DNA of 61,678 nucleotides, counting the filler, from Basidiobolus ranarum (Eukaryota), in the NCBI GenBank assembly GCA_040143965.1. It is 16 parts of 16 records of this genome, joined end to end, with 100 filler letters (N's around TTAATTAATTAA, not from the genome) between each part and the next. Parts side by side here need not be neighbours in the genome. Positions count along the whole stretch, not along the records: positions 23,246 to 27,009 come from JASJQH010002295.1; positions 27,110 to 30,871 come from JASJQH010002296.1; positions 30,972 to 34,733 come from JASJQH010002297.1; positions 34,834 to 38,588 come from JASJQH010002299.1; 12 more parts are not named here. One strand, 5' to 3'. Shown piece by piece: positions 24,465 through 38,042 of this stretch (positions are counted from its first letter, which is position 1; each line of letters begins with the position of its first letter). The notes under the pieces were generated by a model. The model did no database searches, had not been told where the DNA came from, and was given only the letters and a program-made list of their open reading frames with translations. The translations under genes and the position numbers were made by a program.

Positions 24465-26532
24465 TTCACTAATTCTGTAATATGCTTATTTATTTATGAA
24501 CTTTCCTAGAACTTATATAGATTTTTCTCCAATATACTGTTACGTTTTTGTCAGAATCTGGACGTTCTACATCACCTCTCATGACGTCAATAATATATGG
24601 CATCAAGTATTACAAGCTGGAGTTGAATTAAAAGTACAGTTTTGAGGCATGCCCATGATTGCAAGTTTTGTTCGATTTGTAAAATCACCGCTGAATCATC
24701 TAGGTTATCATGATCGTTGAAAACATCAATCCATCTACTCATAGCATAGGTGTCAATCATCTTCCCCAATCAAAACGCTGGAGAACAAACTGAACCTATC
24801 TAATTGAAGCCGAGAAGGTATTCAAAGTCTTGACGTTTTACAATGATAAAGTTTATATTTCAAGCCCTCAAAGTGACTGCGACTTCTTTCCTATAATACT
24901 CTTTAACTCGTTTTTTTGAGAATATGCAAGATACTGACTATATGTAGGTGATAGGCCAATCGACCGGGTTCAAGTAATTGCTGAACACGTATCATGATTA
25001 ACTTGTGGTGATTACTTTACTTCACCAACTTGTAAGTGGAACTAAATGAATATTGAGGAGGGGATGATTCTAAGTCAGATCGATCGGGGTTGTGAAGAGC
25101 TACAAGCCCCGGACATTTGCTGATCAAACATTCAGGTTTATGCGCGGATTAGCTCGAGATCGTTGTCTTCCATATAAGTTTTACATACAGAAAGAAGCCA
25201 CATATCGCTCGTTGCTAGCTTGATATAGTCCGCTTATTACAACTCAACATGTATGACTTGCCACTATCCTCAAAATACTCAACCTCGTGTAATTATGTGA
25301 CATTTGTGAAACAGTTGATACTGTAACTATATCAAGACTTCTTTCCTATTAACGATTCGTCTTACCAATACTTCTATAGGTCATCTATGCAGTGTTTTGA
25401 TTGGAGAGAATGCAGTGTGATGATTTGGACTTCGAGCATCTGTCTAGGTAATCTGACTCCACAAGAACTCATTTTTGTTGTTTTGATCCCCTGACATTGG
25501 TGTTCTTGATAGCTTATTAAAGGTTTATGAGCCTACATAAGCCTATTCGAATCAAAGAAGCTGTTTAGCCGAATATACCAGCGAAGATGTCATATTTAGA
25601 TCATGAAATTACAAACCATCGTATTGACTCCATTATCATATATTAATTAAATCTTGCGTAATAGAATCGAGACAATTTTATGGCAGAGACTAAAAAATAA
25701 TATTTCCTAATTGTGCCTTGGGAAAGTTGAACTATGAGAATTTGCTGACGATATCTACTAGTTATATTTCACGCCTAAAATTTTACCCATATATTGATCC
25801 TGTTGTTAGTGATAGAAGATATAAACACTATCGAAGCATATCTTGAACTGAAATTCCAATATACCGTACCGCATCCAGTCTGACTAGGTTTTCCATATAG
25901 ATATCGTAACTTAATCTAGCAATTTGTAGGTAGAAGGGCTGGTTGAAGTCATTTTTACCTGATTTGGACGAAGTACAATACGATATACTAATTGATTGAA
26001 CCCATTTACTACTTAGTGATGATGATCCTAATTTCCTTGATTAGTGCAATGTATGTAGCAATTGGTGCTTAGATTAGCAATAAAGAGCTGAGCTTAGCAA
26101 AGTCTTAAGTCATACATTCAGAAATTGCAAACAGATTTTCTATGGTTCTCTAGCGGATGTGCTTTTGTAAGGGTCCAGACTTGTAGTATATCCAGATTGT
26201 TGACAATTGCTAGCATGTTCTCATCTTCACCACGTGTTGGTAGTTCCTCAACTCTCTAGTCTGATAAGCATTGTCAGCTTGGTAGAAATGTTCCTGCCAT
26301 TATGGCTTTAATTGATAGATATTGTATTATTTTCTAAAGTATCAGCACAAAACATCAAATGTTAACTGATATGCAACAAGCATGTATATCTTTATCTGAC
26401 CCATATATTGCTTCTATGGTGAGATAATGAGAGCTCATAGTCTCTTTTAGATATTTCAAAATTAAGAGGTGGCTATAATGCTTATTATGGGAATGTTTAG
26501 TGCAATTTGAATTGCTCAATTGTATAATCTAT

Positions 26533-27009
26533 TGTCACAATAAGGAACTGGACAAGGACTAGAAACAACAACAAGAGGCTAGAAGGCAGGAGGGTACTTG
26601 GGTGTAGACCACATGACAAGACTGGACAGTGAAGATACTTTGACAAGAATCTTCATGATAACTGGCATTGATCAGACCTTGGTCTGATCAAGGAATACAT
26701 GGAGCTTATACAGATATTGCAGGGTTAGACATAATATACTGAATGGGGAATATACTGTGGCAAGTTCAAGTGTTGGGGTGTTGGGGACCACAAGGACCAA
26801 TACAAAGAGGGATGATGTAAGGATGATCAGGTGACCTTCCATGGAAGGTCTTGGCAAAAATATACTATGTGTGGGATGAAATGATTGGTAAGGTTTCATG
26901 AAATGTTGCAAAGAACATGACTTCCATATAAGGTAACCTGGATGAACTAATACAAGATTGCAAGAAAGGATGGCACAGCAGATAAGATGTCATAATCTAA
27001 TGATGAAGA
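26533..27009 (-). mobile_element. Gypsy LTR of the same family as 9238-9762, cut by contig end
   Basis: TGTCACAATAAGGAAC..GGACAAG...CAACAAGAGGCTAGAAGGCAGGAG; colinear with the 9238 LTR. Confidence 0.9.
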
Positions 27010-27707
27010 NNNNNNNNNNNNNNNNNNNNNNNNNNNNNNNNNNNNNNNNNNNNTTAATTAATTAANNNNNNNNNNNNNNNNNNNNNNNNNNNNNNNNNNN
27101 NNNNNNNNNGTGCTTTCCATCCAAACAGAAATAGTTTTGTGCTGACTTGAAGGGAGGCGACTTGTACTACGGTTAGGGGCATCAATCAGGATGTGTACTT
27201 GTGTGCTATAATAAGATGATCGATACTGCTGAACGTGAGATAGCCCACATGCCAAATATCGAGAGTTAGGAGTACACTCCTACAAAGCTGATGACATATA
27301 TGACACAAACCTCGGACAACAAACTCAATGCCTGCGTTGTGTAACACAACTGAGGTCACTACTGAATGTGATAAGATACGAGTCGCCCCCTATGCTAGAG
27401 CTACTTCATTCGCTATAATCACTTCGTATGTTCAGATAGCATCATCAAGTTAGCCTGATACTACAATAAAAATCATGCTATAGAGCTGTTTCGCCACATA
27501 AGACATGCTGTTCTGAATTCCATCCAAAAGCACCCAGTTCAATCTCATTGATTTATTGACTTCAAATTTCAGAAATTGCAGAACGAAAGTCAGTATAATA
27601 CACAGAGAAACTGCAACCTTGGATTGTAGTATAAATTTAATGAAGATAGCAGGTACAAAAAGTAAAGCATGTACTAGCTCTTGAGTTATACAGAAGCTCC
27701 TACTCTG

Positions 27708-29025
27708 CTAATATCCCAAATCTTTCTTGAAACGAGCAAACTCCAACTTGACCAGGTCACTTTTGGAGTTGAAGAGAAAATCTTTGGCAATTTTCTCATA
27801 TCCCTAAAACAAGATATTTTGGTTAGCGGAGTAATTAAAGGATTTCCTATCTTCTTTCTCGGAGAAGATCGATGTGTTGCCTTACCACTGAGTTGAAGTG
27901 CTTTCCATCGCTCCAGTACAGATCATCTCGATCGTACTCTATGTTCCCAAGATCAATCCGTGGGCCAGCTTTAACACCATCGGCAGATCTTTTCAAATAC
28001 ATACAGGTTTAGTCGATACTGGGTGATAATTGAAAAATGAATTAACTTACTCCTCGAGATATTGAAGGATGAGTTCGTTACACTTTTTTGCTGTTTCCAA
28101 ATATTTGCCACCTTTTTGGGAGGCATCAGCTGTGGGAATAGTAGTAAGGTATACTTCTTTATCTTTTTTACGAAGATATTGGCAAATTGATTTTAAGTTG
28201 TTGACTATTTCTTCAGCCGAGATTCCTTCACCTTGGATCTTCCTATATATATATACGCATGGATGAATGACTGAGAACATGATAGGAAATAACAACAAAA
28301 ATATTTGTTTTGTAATAAAAAACATACGAGATGTCTTCAGATCCAACCAAGACAAAATAAACTTCGGCATCAGCGATTTTTCGTTCGTTGACGGTTTTCT
28401 CCAAGAGGTGAGCTTTTACCTTGCGTTTCTATATAGACGAATATGTAACGATTACGTAAGGGGTTTAGTAAGTGTTCACGAAATGAAATCGTTATAAGTT
28501 CTAATGAATGAGATACCGATTCCGCCGAAGGTAACCAATCCTCTGAAGTTGAACCGTAACTTCCTCTGTTATAAAGTTGCCAAGTCTGTTTGATATTTCT
28601 GTCATCGGCCAACTTGAGATGTAAAGCAGTAGCGATACCTTTTAGAGTATATTACTAAGTTTATACTGACTTAGAAGCTAACGGTATAATTGCTCAAACC
28701 TCCACCAAGACCAGGGATTAAAGTACCTCCAAAGCCGAGTGCAAATCCATCACCTTTTGAAAGTAGATTTTACAGTTATTATTGTTACCGTTTTTGTGAT
28801 ATTTCATGCTCTTACCGATGATAACAATCTTATGGCCATATCGTCCAGAGTAGGGTTTTGGATCAAATATTAACTACGGGAAACGCTATGAATTAGTACT
28901 TTCGTAGAAGGCTACTGAACATTTACCATTACATAACTTACTCTGTTAACAACTAGACAATACACACGAATGGTAACATATAAAGAAAAAAGCAGCTGTT
29001 TTATCCACTCGTATGCTGTACTCAT
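27708..29025 (-). CDS. Multi-exon SGNH/GDSL-fold protein with an N-terminal hydrophobic segment
   Basis: Spliced reading: MSTAYEWIKQLLFSLY...HKIVIIGDGFALGFG...YNRGSYGSTSEDW...VLVGSED...SDGKHFN...KKDLGY*. Short GT-AG introns. Confidence 0.75.
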
Positions 29026-29507
29026 CGGATAAAAAAAATTGGAAAGGAAAAGACAGGCTTAGTGCTTTGGTGAGGAAGGTGCTTTCATATTACACGTCGT
29101 ATACGAATTAATATATCCAGTAGCCTCGTTCACCCTATTTAAGATCTATTTTACTAATCTTATGAAATATTATATATGAACAGAATTGGGTTATAAGCTT
29201 ACTAAATATGATCATTACCATCCACCCCACGTATTAACGATTCACTCCTCCACATGACATGTAGCACTACTCCTAAATGTGACATCAACTGGAATGGTGG
29301 CATTTGTTGATGTGATGCAACCAATTTATTGCAACCGACAGATAAATAGAGGAGCGATATTTCTGGTCGTTTATGATCTTTAGGGAACTACTGCAACTTA
29401 ATTTCCATACCGTCATGTACTTTCGGAATTAAATATACCAACTAACTGTCAAGCACAAATTTCAATTGTTGAATAGAGATTTTATTCGTTTACATGAAAT
29501 CCAAATT

Positions 29508-30013
29508 TTATTCTTGACGACGACCACGGAATTCAGGTTTGAAATCACCAGAAGCGCCTTCCTTCTTGGCACCGTCGTCACGACGTCTGTACCCTTCACG
29601 ATCACCACGAGGACCTCTGAAAGGACGGTCACCATCTGGGCGGGGTCTGATTCCAACAGGCTTAGCAGTCTTCTTCATAGTGGCAGGGACAATTTCAGCT
29701 GGTAAATGTAAGAATTCTCTGAGATATTCAATACCCTCGTTGGTCAAGAAGTAGTAATAATGTTGCCACGAGAATTGAGTCTTGACATAACCACGAGAGT
29801 TCAAGGATTGTAAAGCCTTGATTACTTGAAGGTTAGGAACATCAAGTTCATCATGCTTAGCGGCATTGAAATCTTTCTTAGCGACCATAACACCCTCTAG
29901 ACGAAGAAAAATCAATCAATTCCACGTTCAGAGATTACGAAGTGAGATAGTGGAAATATACCCTTGAAGAGGCTCTCATATATGATCTTTCTGTTTTGTT
30001 TGGAAATAAGCAT
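29508..30013 (-). CDS. RPS10: 40S ribosomal protein S10 (eS10), one coding-region intron (about 29899-29961)
   Basis: [32 protein letters not shown]...VPNLQVIK...[14 protein letters not shown]. Confidence 0.97.
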
Positions 30014-30513
30014 GATGTGTGATGTACCTATATTATGTACATTACAAGTTCAGCCAAATGTCATAGTTGTGTGAGAATACTATGTGTTCAATGCCACTAT
30101 TTTGAGTAATGAAATCATCCTTTATATCTTATAAAGGTGATGGATGGATAGCCAAGAAAAGGATTGCTGATAACTGACCTTACCGCGGGATTGGGTTCCG
30201 AGTTATGGTTAAAGAGAGAGTTCCCCGATTTCGAAAGTACAATAATTTAAGGAGCTCCATTGATCAGTTGAATTAAGCACTTTCTGTTGGCTCACGCCGA
30301 TCATTAAATTAATTCTGATCATCTTCGCATTAATAATGATCATATTGCTTTTTACTACATTAACATATACCTAGTGCTAACGTATTGCAGTATTCTGATT
30401 AACTATAATAAAAAGGTCGAATACACTGGTGATCTATTTAATGGTTTTTACTGTAAAAGATTGATGATTAATATGATCTATGTATATGGCATGTATTGAC
30501 AATGCTGCCATGT

Positions 30514-30700
30514 CTACTGCAAAGGATCATTGATCTCTTCAATTGGCCATTTAGGAATGAAATCAATCTCTAATGAATTGAAAAGACCACGTTGATAGCG
30601 CTCTATACCAGCCCAGGCAATCATGACACCATTGTCAGTGCATAGGTGAGGCGGTGGGCAGACAAGATTTGCATCATATTTGCTAGCGAGTTCAGTTAAT
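30514..30700 (-). CDS. QRI7: Last exon of mitochondrial t6A transferase (Qri7/OSGEPL1, Kae1 family)
   Basis: LVCPPPHLCTDNGVMIAWAGIERY...PKWPIE; acceptor TTTTTCTAG at 30701. Not in the ORF track. Confidence 0.8.
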
Positions 30701-30971
30701 CTAGAAAAACAAAGATTTATCCGTTACTAAGCAACCATACAAAAAATAAATCAAGTACAGCATGAAGAATATGTAAGGCAGCCACCTCGTCAACCACCAG
30801 TTCATCTCCAAAGTATTTTCGTGACCAACAATGAGGAACCTTCGGAATTCAAGAAACGAGAAAACCGATATNNNNNNNNNNNNNNNNNNNNNNNNNNNNN
30901 NNNNNNNNNNNNNNNTTAATTAATTAANNNNNNNNNNNNNNNNNNNNNNNNNNNNNNNNNNNNNNNNNNNN

Positions 30972-31474
30972 AGTGTCCCAAAGTCCTTTTTCTTGCAGCA
31001 GCTTTTTCATTTTAATTTTCCAAACTTTATACTTGGTTCCATCCAATTTTTCAGAAGATGGAAAAGATCCATAGATTTGAGAAGTAGACATTACAGACAG
31101 TGCAAGCTTGGGGCTCATAACCTGTTAAAGTATTTGGGAGCCTGTTGGAAGTGTTTTGGAGAATTAGAGGAATTAGGTGGTTTTCACTTATTGATTTATT
31201 GAGTAGAATGTTGACATTTATAGTTTTGTCAAGATGTAAACAAATCTAACATGTAGAAGGTGCTAAGGAAGGTCCCAGGAACATATCTGCAAAGTCTAGG
31301 GCTTCTAGCACAAGTTTGAAAAAATCTATATATCAGAGAACTTTTAAGTTGATAAAAAATATTCTAAGTAAATTCAAATTGAGAATAATGGATAATATCT
31401 TAGTGAAATATAAGATAACCAAGTACTAAGTTATGTATGACAAGATAGATGTTTAGGCAATGCTATTTTCAATA
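30972..31474 (-). mobile_element. Copia family A 5' end: LTR 31123-31474, PBS 31111-31122 and gag start; inserted antisense into another copy's RT
   Basis: LTR end AACA followed by GGTTATGAGCCC; gag SEKLDGTKYKVWKIKMKKLLQEKGLWD. Confidence 0.88.
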
Positions 31475-32922
31475 GGAACTGCAAGTTAGATGCTTTTTTG
31501 GAAACACTCAAATTCCAATGGAGTAATGCTGACTATAGTATCTACTTCAGGCCAAATAAGAAAAACCCAGTTTTATTAGCCTTATATGTAGATTACCTTA
31601 TTATAGCAACCAATGGCTTGAAGACTTAGGAGAAAACCAAATCCTGTTTATCTGCCAAATGCAAAATGATTGATCTTGGTGAACTGACATACTATCATGG
31701 AATCCAAATTAAGACAGATAGAACTACCAAAACAATAACTTTAAACCAGTTTAAATATATCCTAGATATACTAAAGAAGTTTAAAATGGAAGAATGTCAT
31801 CCAGTATCTATCCCAATGGAGACATATCTTAACATGACCAAAAATGACTCAAATCAGACATTTTTGATTCAAATAAAAACCAGAACCTTCCTTATCAATC
31901 TATGGCTGGTAGTTTGATATATATCATGGTTGGAACATGGCCAGATATTGCATATTCTGTGGGAGTTATGTACCAATATCTTCAAATTTATGGATCTGAT
32001 CAAATCATACCAGTGAAGTGGATTTTCAGATATTTGAAAGGTACTGTGGATCTGTGCTTAAAATATACATATTCCAGATCAAACTTTGATCTAATGGGAT
32101 ATTCAGATGCAAATTGGGGAAGAGACATTGAAGACAGGAGATCTACAACAGGATACTTATTTCTTTGCTGTAATGGGGCTATTTCTTGAAATTAAAAGAA
32201 ACAACCTACCATAGCACTCTCAATAACAGAAGCGGAATATATGGCTGCCTATGAAGCAACAAAAGAAGCAATATGGTTAAGAAAACTCTTAACAGATTTA
32301 GATTATTCTCAAAATTTTCCTACTACAATATTTCAAGATAATCAAAGTTATATAAAATTAGCTAAAAATCCCATGTTTTGTAATAGAAGTAAACATAAAG
32401 ATATTAGACAACACCATATTAGAGAGACTATAGAGAATAAGTTCATTGACTTGACTTATTGTTCTACAGAAGACATGATTGCTGATATATTAATCAAACC
32501 ATTAGCTAGACAGAAATTTGAGAAATTTAGATCTTCATTAGGATTAGTTTATATGACTATTTAGTTGAGGGGGAGTGTTGAAATTAGCATTGCCTAAACA
32601 CCTATATAATCATATATAGCTTAATACTTAGTTATCTCATAATTGACTACGGTATTATTCATTATTCTCAATTGGGATTTATTTAGAATATTTTTTCCAA
32701 CTTAGAAGTTCTCAGATATATAGATTTTTCAAACATGTGCTAGAAGCCCCAAACTTTGTACACATGTTCTTGAGACCTTCCCTAACGCATTCTACATGTT
32801 AGGTTGTTTACATTTTGACAAAACTATAAATGTCAACTTTCTACTCAATAAATCAATAAGTGAAATCACCAAATTCTCCAATTCTCCAAACCACTTCCAA
32901 CAGGCTCCCATATACTTTAACA
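31475..32922 (+). mobile_element. Copia family A RT/RNase H, PPT and 3' LTR (32576-32922)
   Basis: LALYVD, YSDANWG..DRRSTTGY, SKHKDIR, DMIADIL.KPL; GAGGGGGAG followed by TGTTGAAATTAG...TTTAACA. Confidence 0.92.
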
Positions 32923-34833
32923 GTGACATCAATTGTAGAGATCTTGAGCCAACTTAGAACATCTATTCAGTTGCATGATGGATGCAGCCCCAGGCCTTTA
33001 TCTATGCTGAATTGGAAAAGATACAGATAGCTAGAAAAACTTCCTAACCTAGCATTTTCCCACTCTGTCATTTAATCCCTGTATAACTTCAACTACTTCC
33101 TAACTAGTCTAAGTATTTATCACACCTTTTCTTTGGTAATTGTAAATCACAAGTATCACAGATATATACATTTGCATAACTGGAATGGGCATGAGCTATT
33201 TGTTAGCCAGTATCCATGGTTCAACCTAAATCTCCGCCTATGATGCATCCAGAAGTGGAGACTGTATTGCTATGAAACCCTTACAAGAGTTTGATTATTT
33301 ACCACTGCGAAGTATGTATACCATTCTTTTCACAGAGTTTGAGTTGCAACCATGTTCTTCTCTACATTCAACTCTAATACCTCCAACATCAGTCAGATCA
33401 AATAACATAGCTAATTATCTAATATTGAATGACAAATATTGATGAAAATGAAACAAATCCTTGGTTGCACGAATTCATTCCTGTTGATTGAAAAAGGATC
33501 TTGGAGTAACAGTTTGTATGGCTTGGCATTTGAAAACCCTGTGTATGGTTGACCAATCCATCCGCGTATGTTCAGATGGTCACACCGAAGTATCCCTACC
33601 ATACTCGTATTGCAAATTCATCACAAAATTATCACTCACATGAACTGATTCCACTGATGGGACGCCCATGCCAAGAGAAGATCGTAGTGTGAATGGCAAC
33701 GCCAAGTGAAGACTCAGTAGATGAGGAATTGAAATATATTTTCTTGACGCTACGTTTGGGAGCTATGAGCATCTTCTTTTTCATTCCAGGTGGGAAAATG
33801 CTCTCTCAGATAATCCTAGCTAAGATCCCTTTACCAAGATTGTAACAAGGTGCTAGATTTTCGACTGAATTGCATTCATTCTCGGTGCTATAATGGACTG
33901 CCATTTTCAGAACCAGAAAAGAAACACTTCTTCATTTGAGAGGTAACAAAGATGGTTTGGCAGGTTAATAATGTTCGAGGAATTAACACGAGTCACTGAT
34001 TACTAAGTACTGTGAAGCAGTCTATTTCACAAAGGACAGGATCGTTTGTATTGGTTGGGACGACACAGATGCAGACGCATAATCATTGAGCAACACGCCT
34101 TGTACGAATATGTAACTTTTGATTGACTTCTCATTGGAAGGAAGTGTTTGTGTGTCAAAACTTAATGAAGATCTCCAATAATGCTACGAATATGGTGTAC
34201 TTCAGGGACAGTTAAGGCAGCAGCAGGACATATCCCCAGTCGTCATGCCTTAGCCTTGGAAGATTCATCTTTTGCATCCCATTGTATTTATTATTGGCAC
34301 TTTATTCTGAAGAGAACCAGTATAATATCCTGATATGTTGAATAGGTAAAGTCAATCACGCATTTTCTCTACTACCATGCTAACCTAATCTATATGTAAT
34401 TCTGGCCTGTCCTTACATTAAATGGGCATTGTTAGTATGTGCTTCAGCACCATATATGTGTATTCAGGGGTTGGTTGGGCCCTGTTTATTTCCAGAGCTT
34501 ACTACTGTAGCTCTTTTGGGCCATCCAAAGAGGTAGTTAGCCAACCTGTTCCATCTTAAAAGTAGGAAAGGAAGAGAGATGTGATTTCAATCGGCATCAT
34601 TCCAATACTTGATGCCAAGCCTCGAAACCCCCTGGCTCAAGAGAACACCTATACTTAAATAACACCATCCCCAAGCACTCTAGAAAGGGGCTAATGAACA
34701 GGATATCACTTTCTCAAGCAGCAAGATGGTTAGNNNNNNNNNNNNNNNNNNNNNNNNNNNNNNNNNNNNNNNNNNNNTTAATTAATTAANNNNNNNNNNN
34801 NNNNNNNNNNNNNNNNNNNNNNNNNNNNNNNNN

Positions 34834-35552
34834 AGCATATTCTACATGTTAATTTGTTTACATCTTGATAAAACTATAAATGTCAACTTCTACTCAATAA
34901 ATCAATAAGTGAAAACCACCAATTCCTCTAATTCTCCAAACCACTTCCAACAAGCTCCCAAATACTTTAACAGGCTGAACATCTATATAGTAATATATAG
35001 CTTAGTACTTAGTTATCCTATATTTCATTATGATATTACCCATTATTTTCAATTGAAATTTACTTAAAAGTCCTCAGATATATAGATTCTTTGAACAAGC
35101 CCCAAACTTTGCACACATATTCCTGCAACCTTCCTTAAAACATTCTACATGATAGTTTGCTTACATCTTGACAAAAGTATAAATGTCAACTTTTAACTCA
35201 ATAAATCAACAAGTGAAAACCACCAATTTCCCTAATTCTGCAAACCACTTCCAATAGGCTCACAAATACTTTAACAGAAATAAGCATAGTCCAAGCATCT
35301 ATATAGTCATATATAGCTTAGTATTTAGTTACTCCTTATGGAACTCAGATATCAACTCATGAGGAATTTGCATAAAAGTTTGAAGATATATAGATTTCGA
35401 GAACTTGTCCTTACACATTCTACACGTTTGTCTGTTTCCATCTTGACAAAACAATAAATGTCAACTTTTGACTCAATAAATCAATAAGTGCAATCTACCA
35501 ATTCTTCGGGTTCTAAAGACCACTTCCAACAAACTCCCAAAACACTTTAACA
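34834..35552 (+). mobile_element. Three head-to-tail copia family A LTRs (ending 34972, 35276 and 35552)
   Basis: Three copies of CCACTTCCAA.A..CTC.CAAA..CTTTAACA. The second and third copies lack their first about 15 and about 4 nt. Confidence 0.88.
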
Positions 35553-36134
35553 CTTACTTCTATGAACTGCATCAATAATACCTTTAACCTGTTTTGTATA
35601 AGCTTCTAATGTAATGGATCAATAAGCGCCTGTCGATCCCCTGATGCTATTTCTCAAATATCTCAGTATTCAAGCCAAATTCGTAACTTCAATCTACAAA
35701 TAATTTATACATTTTTATGCCACATTGCTCAATCAAATAAGTCAAGGAAAAACTGCATCACCAAAATAAAATCTTCTGAATGTGCAATTACATTATACTA
35801 CGATGGGTAGTTCAGCTGTAAACGATCGAAGCAAGCATAGTGCTGGAAGCAATGAATAAAATTGAATGATAGCTTCACTTAGCCATTTGTTAGGAGTTAT
35901 ACTTACAATGGAAATGTTTTTGAGAAACTGGTGAAAAATCTCTTATAAACTGATTCATTCTCTGTATATCCCAAGAGCAAGTAATCTTTGCTGCGGCTTT
36001 GATCTGAGAAATTTAATAGAACGTTGCCCCGCAATCTCTGGGAGCATACAAGCATTTAATCACAAATAATATCCATCACCAGCTATAAAGGAAAATATTA
36101 TTAGCCATATTCCTATATGTCTGATTATTGCGAG

Positions 36135-37683
36135 ATGAGCGAGCAAGTTGTTCAAGATGTTGACGAGATCCTGGAAGAAGAAGAGGAAGTAAAGAATTTT
36201 GTTGGCCATCTATATCACTTCACAGCTAACTTCATTATATAGGAGATGTTCTTCATCGATATTGATGAACTTCAAAAGCAAGGTATCAATGCGGGCGATA
36301 TTCAAAAGTTGAAGGTTTCTGGATTGTGCACAGTAAAAGTAAGTATTCTATTACCATTATGTGATTAATATTCCCTTTTAATAAGCTTGATGTTAGGCGA
36401 TTCAGATGATATCTCGAAGGAATCTTTGTAAAATAAAGGGTTTATCTGAAGCAAAAGTCGATAAAATTAAAGAAGCAGCCAATAAAATTTCGGTAGGTGT
36501 TTTGTAAAAAATTCAAACTTCCTATATCAGCTAATTGACTTGCGTTAGGCATGCGGGTTTATTTCTGCTACAGAATACTTGGTTCGGCGACAAGCTGTAG
36601 TCAAAGTGACAACTGGAAGCCAGGAATTAGATAAGCTTATAGGAGGTGGTATAGCTCATCTAAGATTTAATGAGCTATTTCTTATATTGTATTTATAGGA
36701 GGAATTCAAACCATGGCTTTAACTGAAGTTTATGGAGAGTTTCGTACCGGAAAAACCCAGCTAGCACACACACTGTGCGTATCCTGCCAGCTACCCACAA
36801 ATATGGGTGGAGGGAATGGAAAGGTATTAGGCTACTATACGACAAAACTGGGTCGATGCTCATTTTATTCTACTAGGCAGCCTATATTGATACCGAAGGA
36901 ACATTCCGTCCGGATAGAATAAAGGCAATTGCAGAACGTTTCTCCATAGATCCTGATACAGTTCTTGACAATGTGATATTTGCTCGTGCGTACAACTCTG
37001 AGCATCAAATGGATCTAATAACAGAACTAACTGCAAGATTCGCTGAGGAGCGTGGAGTATTCCGAATTTTGGTGAGTTGGGAGGATCATGATTAAGACTT
37101 ATTTATATGAGATAATGACATCACCTAGGTTGTGGATTCGATAATGGCATTATTTCGAACAGACTTTTGCGGCAGAGGTGAACTGAGTGAAAGGCAACAA
37201 AAGCTGAATACAATGCTTTCAAGATTATTGAAAATTTCCGAGGAATATAATGTTGCTGTGTTTCTTACAAATCAAGTACATGTGTTAATTTGTCTGATTT
37301 TGAAGTAACAGTAATGAAATACTGTATTTTTAGGTTAGTGCAGACCCAGGAGCTATGTCATTTGCACCAGACAAAAAACCAATCGGCGGTCATATTTTAG
37401 CTCATGCGTACGTAAATAAGGTGTCATCACTGCTCTACTTACCTTTATGTAACATTATATATCTGCCATCTTATATAGCTCAACTACGAGGCTGAGTTTA
37501 CGAAAAGGTAGAGGTGAACAACGTATTGCAAAGATTGCTGATTCCCCTGATATGCCTGAAGCTGAAGCTGGTAGGATTTGTACTTAGGAAAGGCCCAAAG
37601 AGCTATGCTAACCATGTTTTTTATTCATGATTCCTACAGCATACGCAATTACTGATGGTGGAATTGCTGATTCAAAAGAATAA
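36135..37683 (+). CDS. DMC1: Meiotic recombinase DMC1 (10 exons)
   Basis: [77 protein letters not shown]; nine GT-AG introns. Confidence 0.92.
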
Positions 37684-38042
37684 CTAACACTCTGTTACGG
37701 TAATCTCTGAGCTGAGCGCCCCTTACAAAACTGAGGCTAGGTTCTTGCTGGTGGAAGGCACGTAACGCATATGGCTTCATTATAGCGCATAATTTTAAAT
37801 CTAAGGACAGTACTCTTATACACGAAAGATTCGAAGTATACTTCATATTGCTGTGTCACATCAATAAATTCAAAGCAAACATGTAGCAATTGGTGTTTAT
37901 TTATCGTCAGAAACAGCAACTAACTTGAATTTTATAAAATAGTCAGGAAAACGCAATGGGTATATAAAATAGTGATTATGATATATGGATATTGGTGTGA
38001 TTTGTTGGCCATCAACCAAACTCGGCATCTTTAGAGAAATCA

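Noticed and set aside
25560-25760. Faint Tc1/IS630 transposase-like words (NYKP..LTPLS..NRIE..WQRLK)
   Set aside because: Too degraded to support without a profile search, and not linked to the Fanzor contig.
30701-30871. Unusually long QRI7 intron possibly hosting an H/ACA snoRNA
   Set aside because: Only weak box-like words are present, it is cut by the contig end, and I see no convincing structure.
32923-34733. Possible LINE or other decayed element
   Set aside because: I could not read any clear RT or transposase motif.
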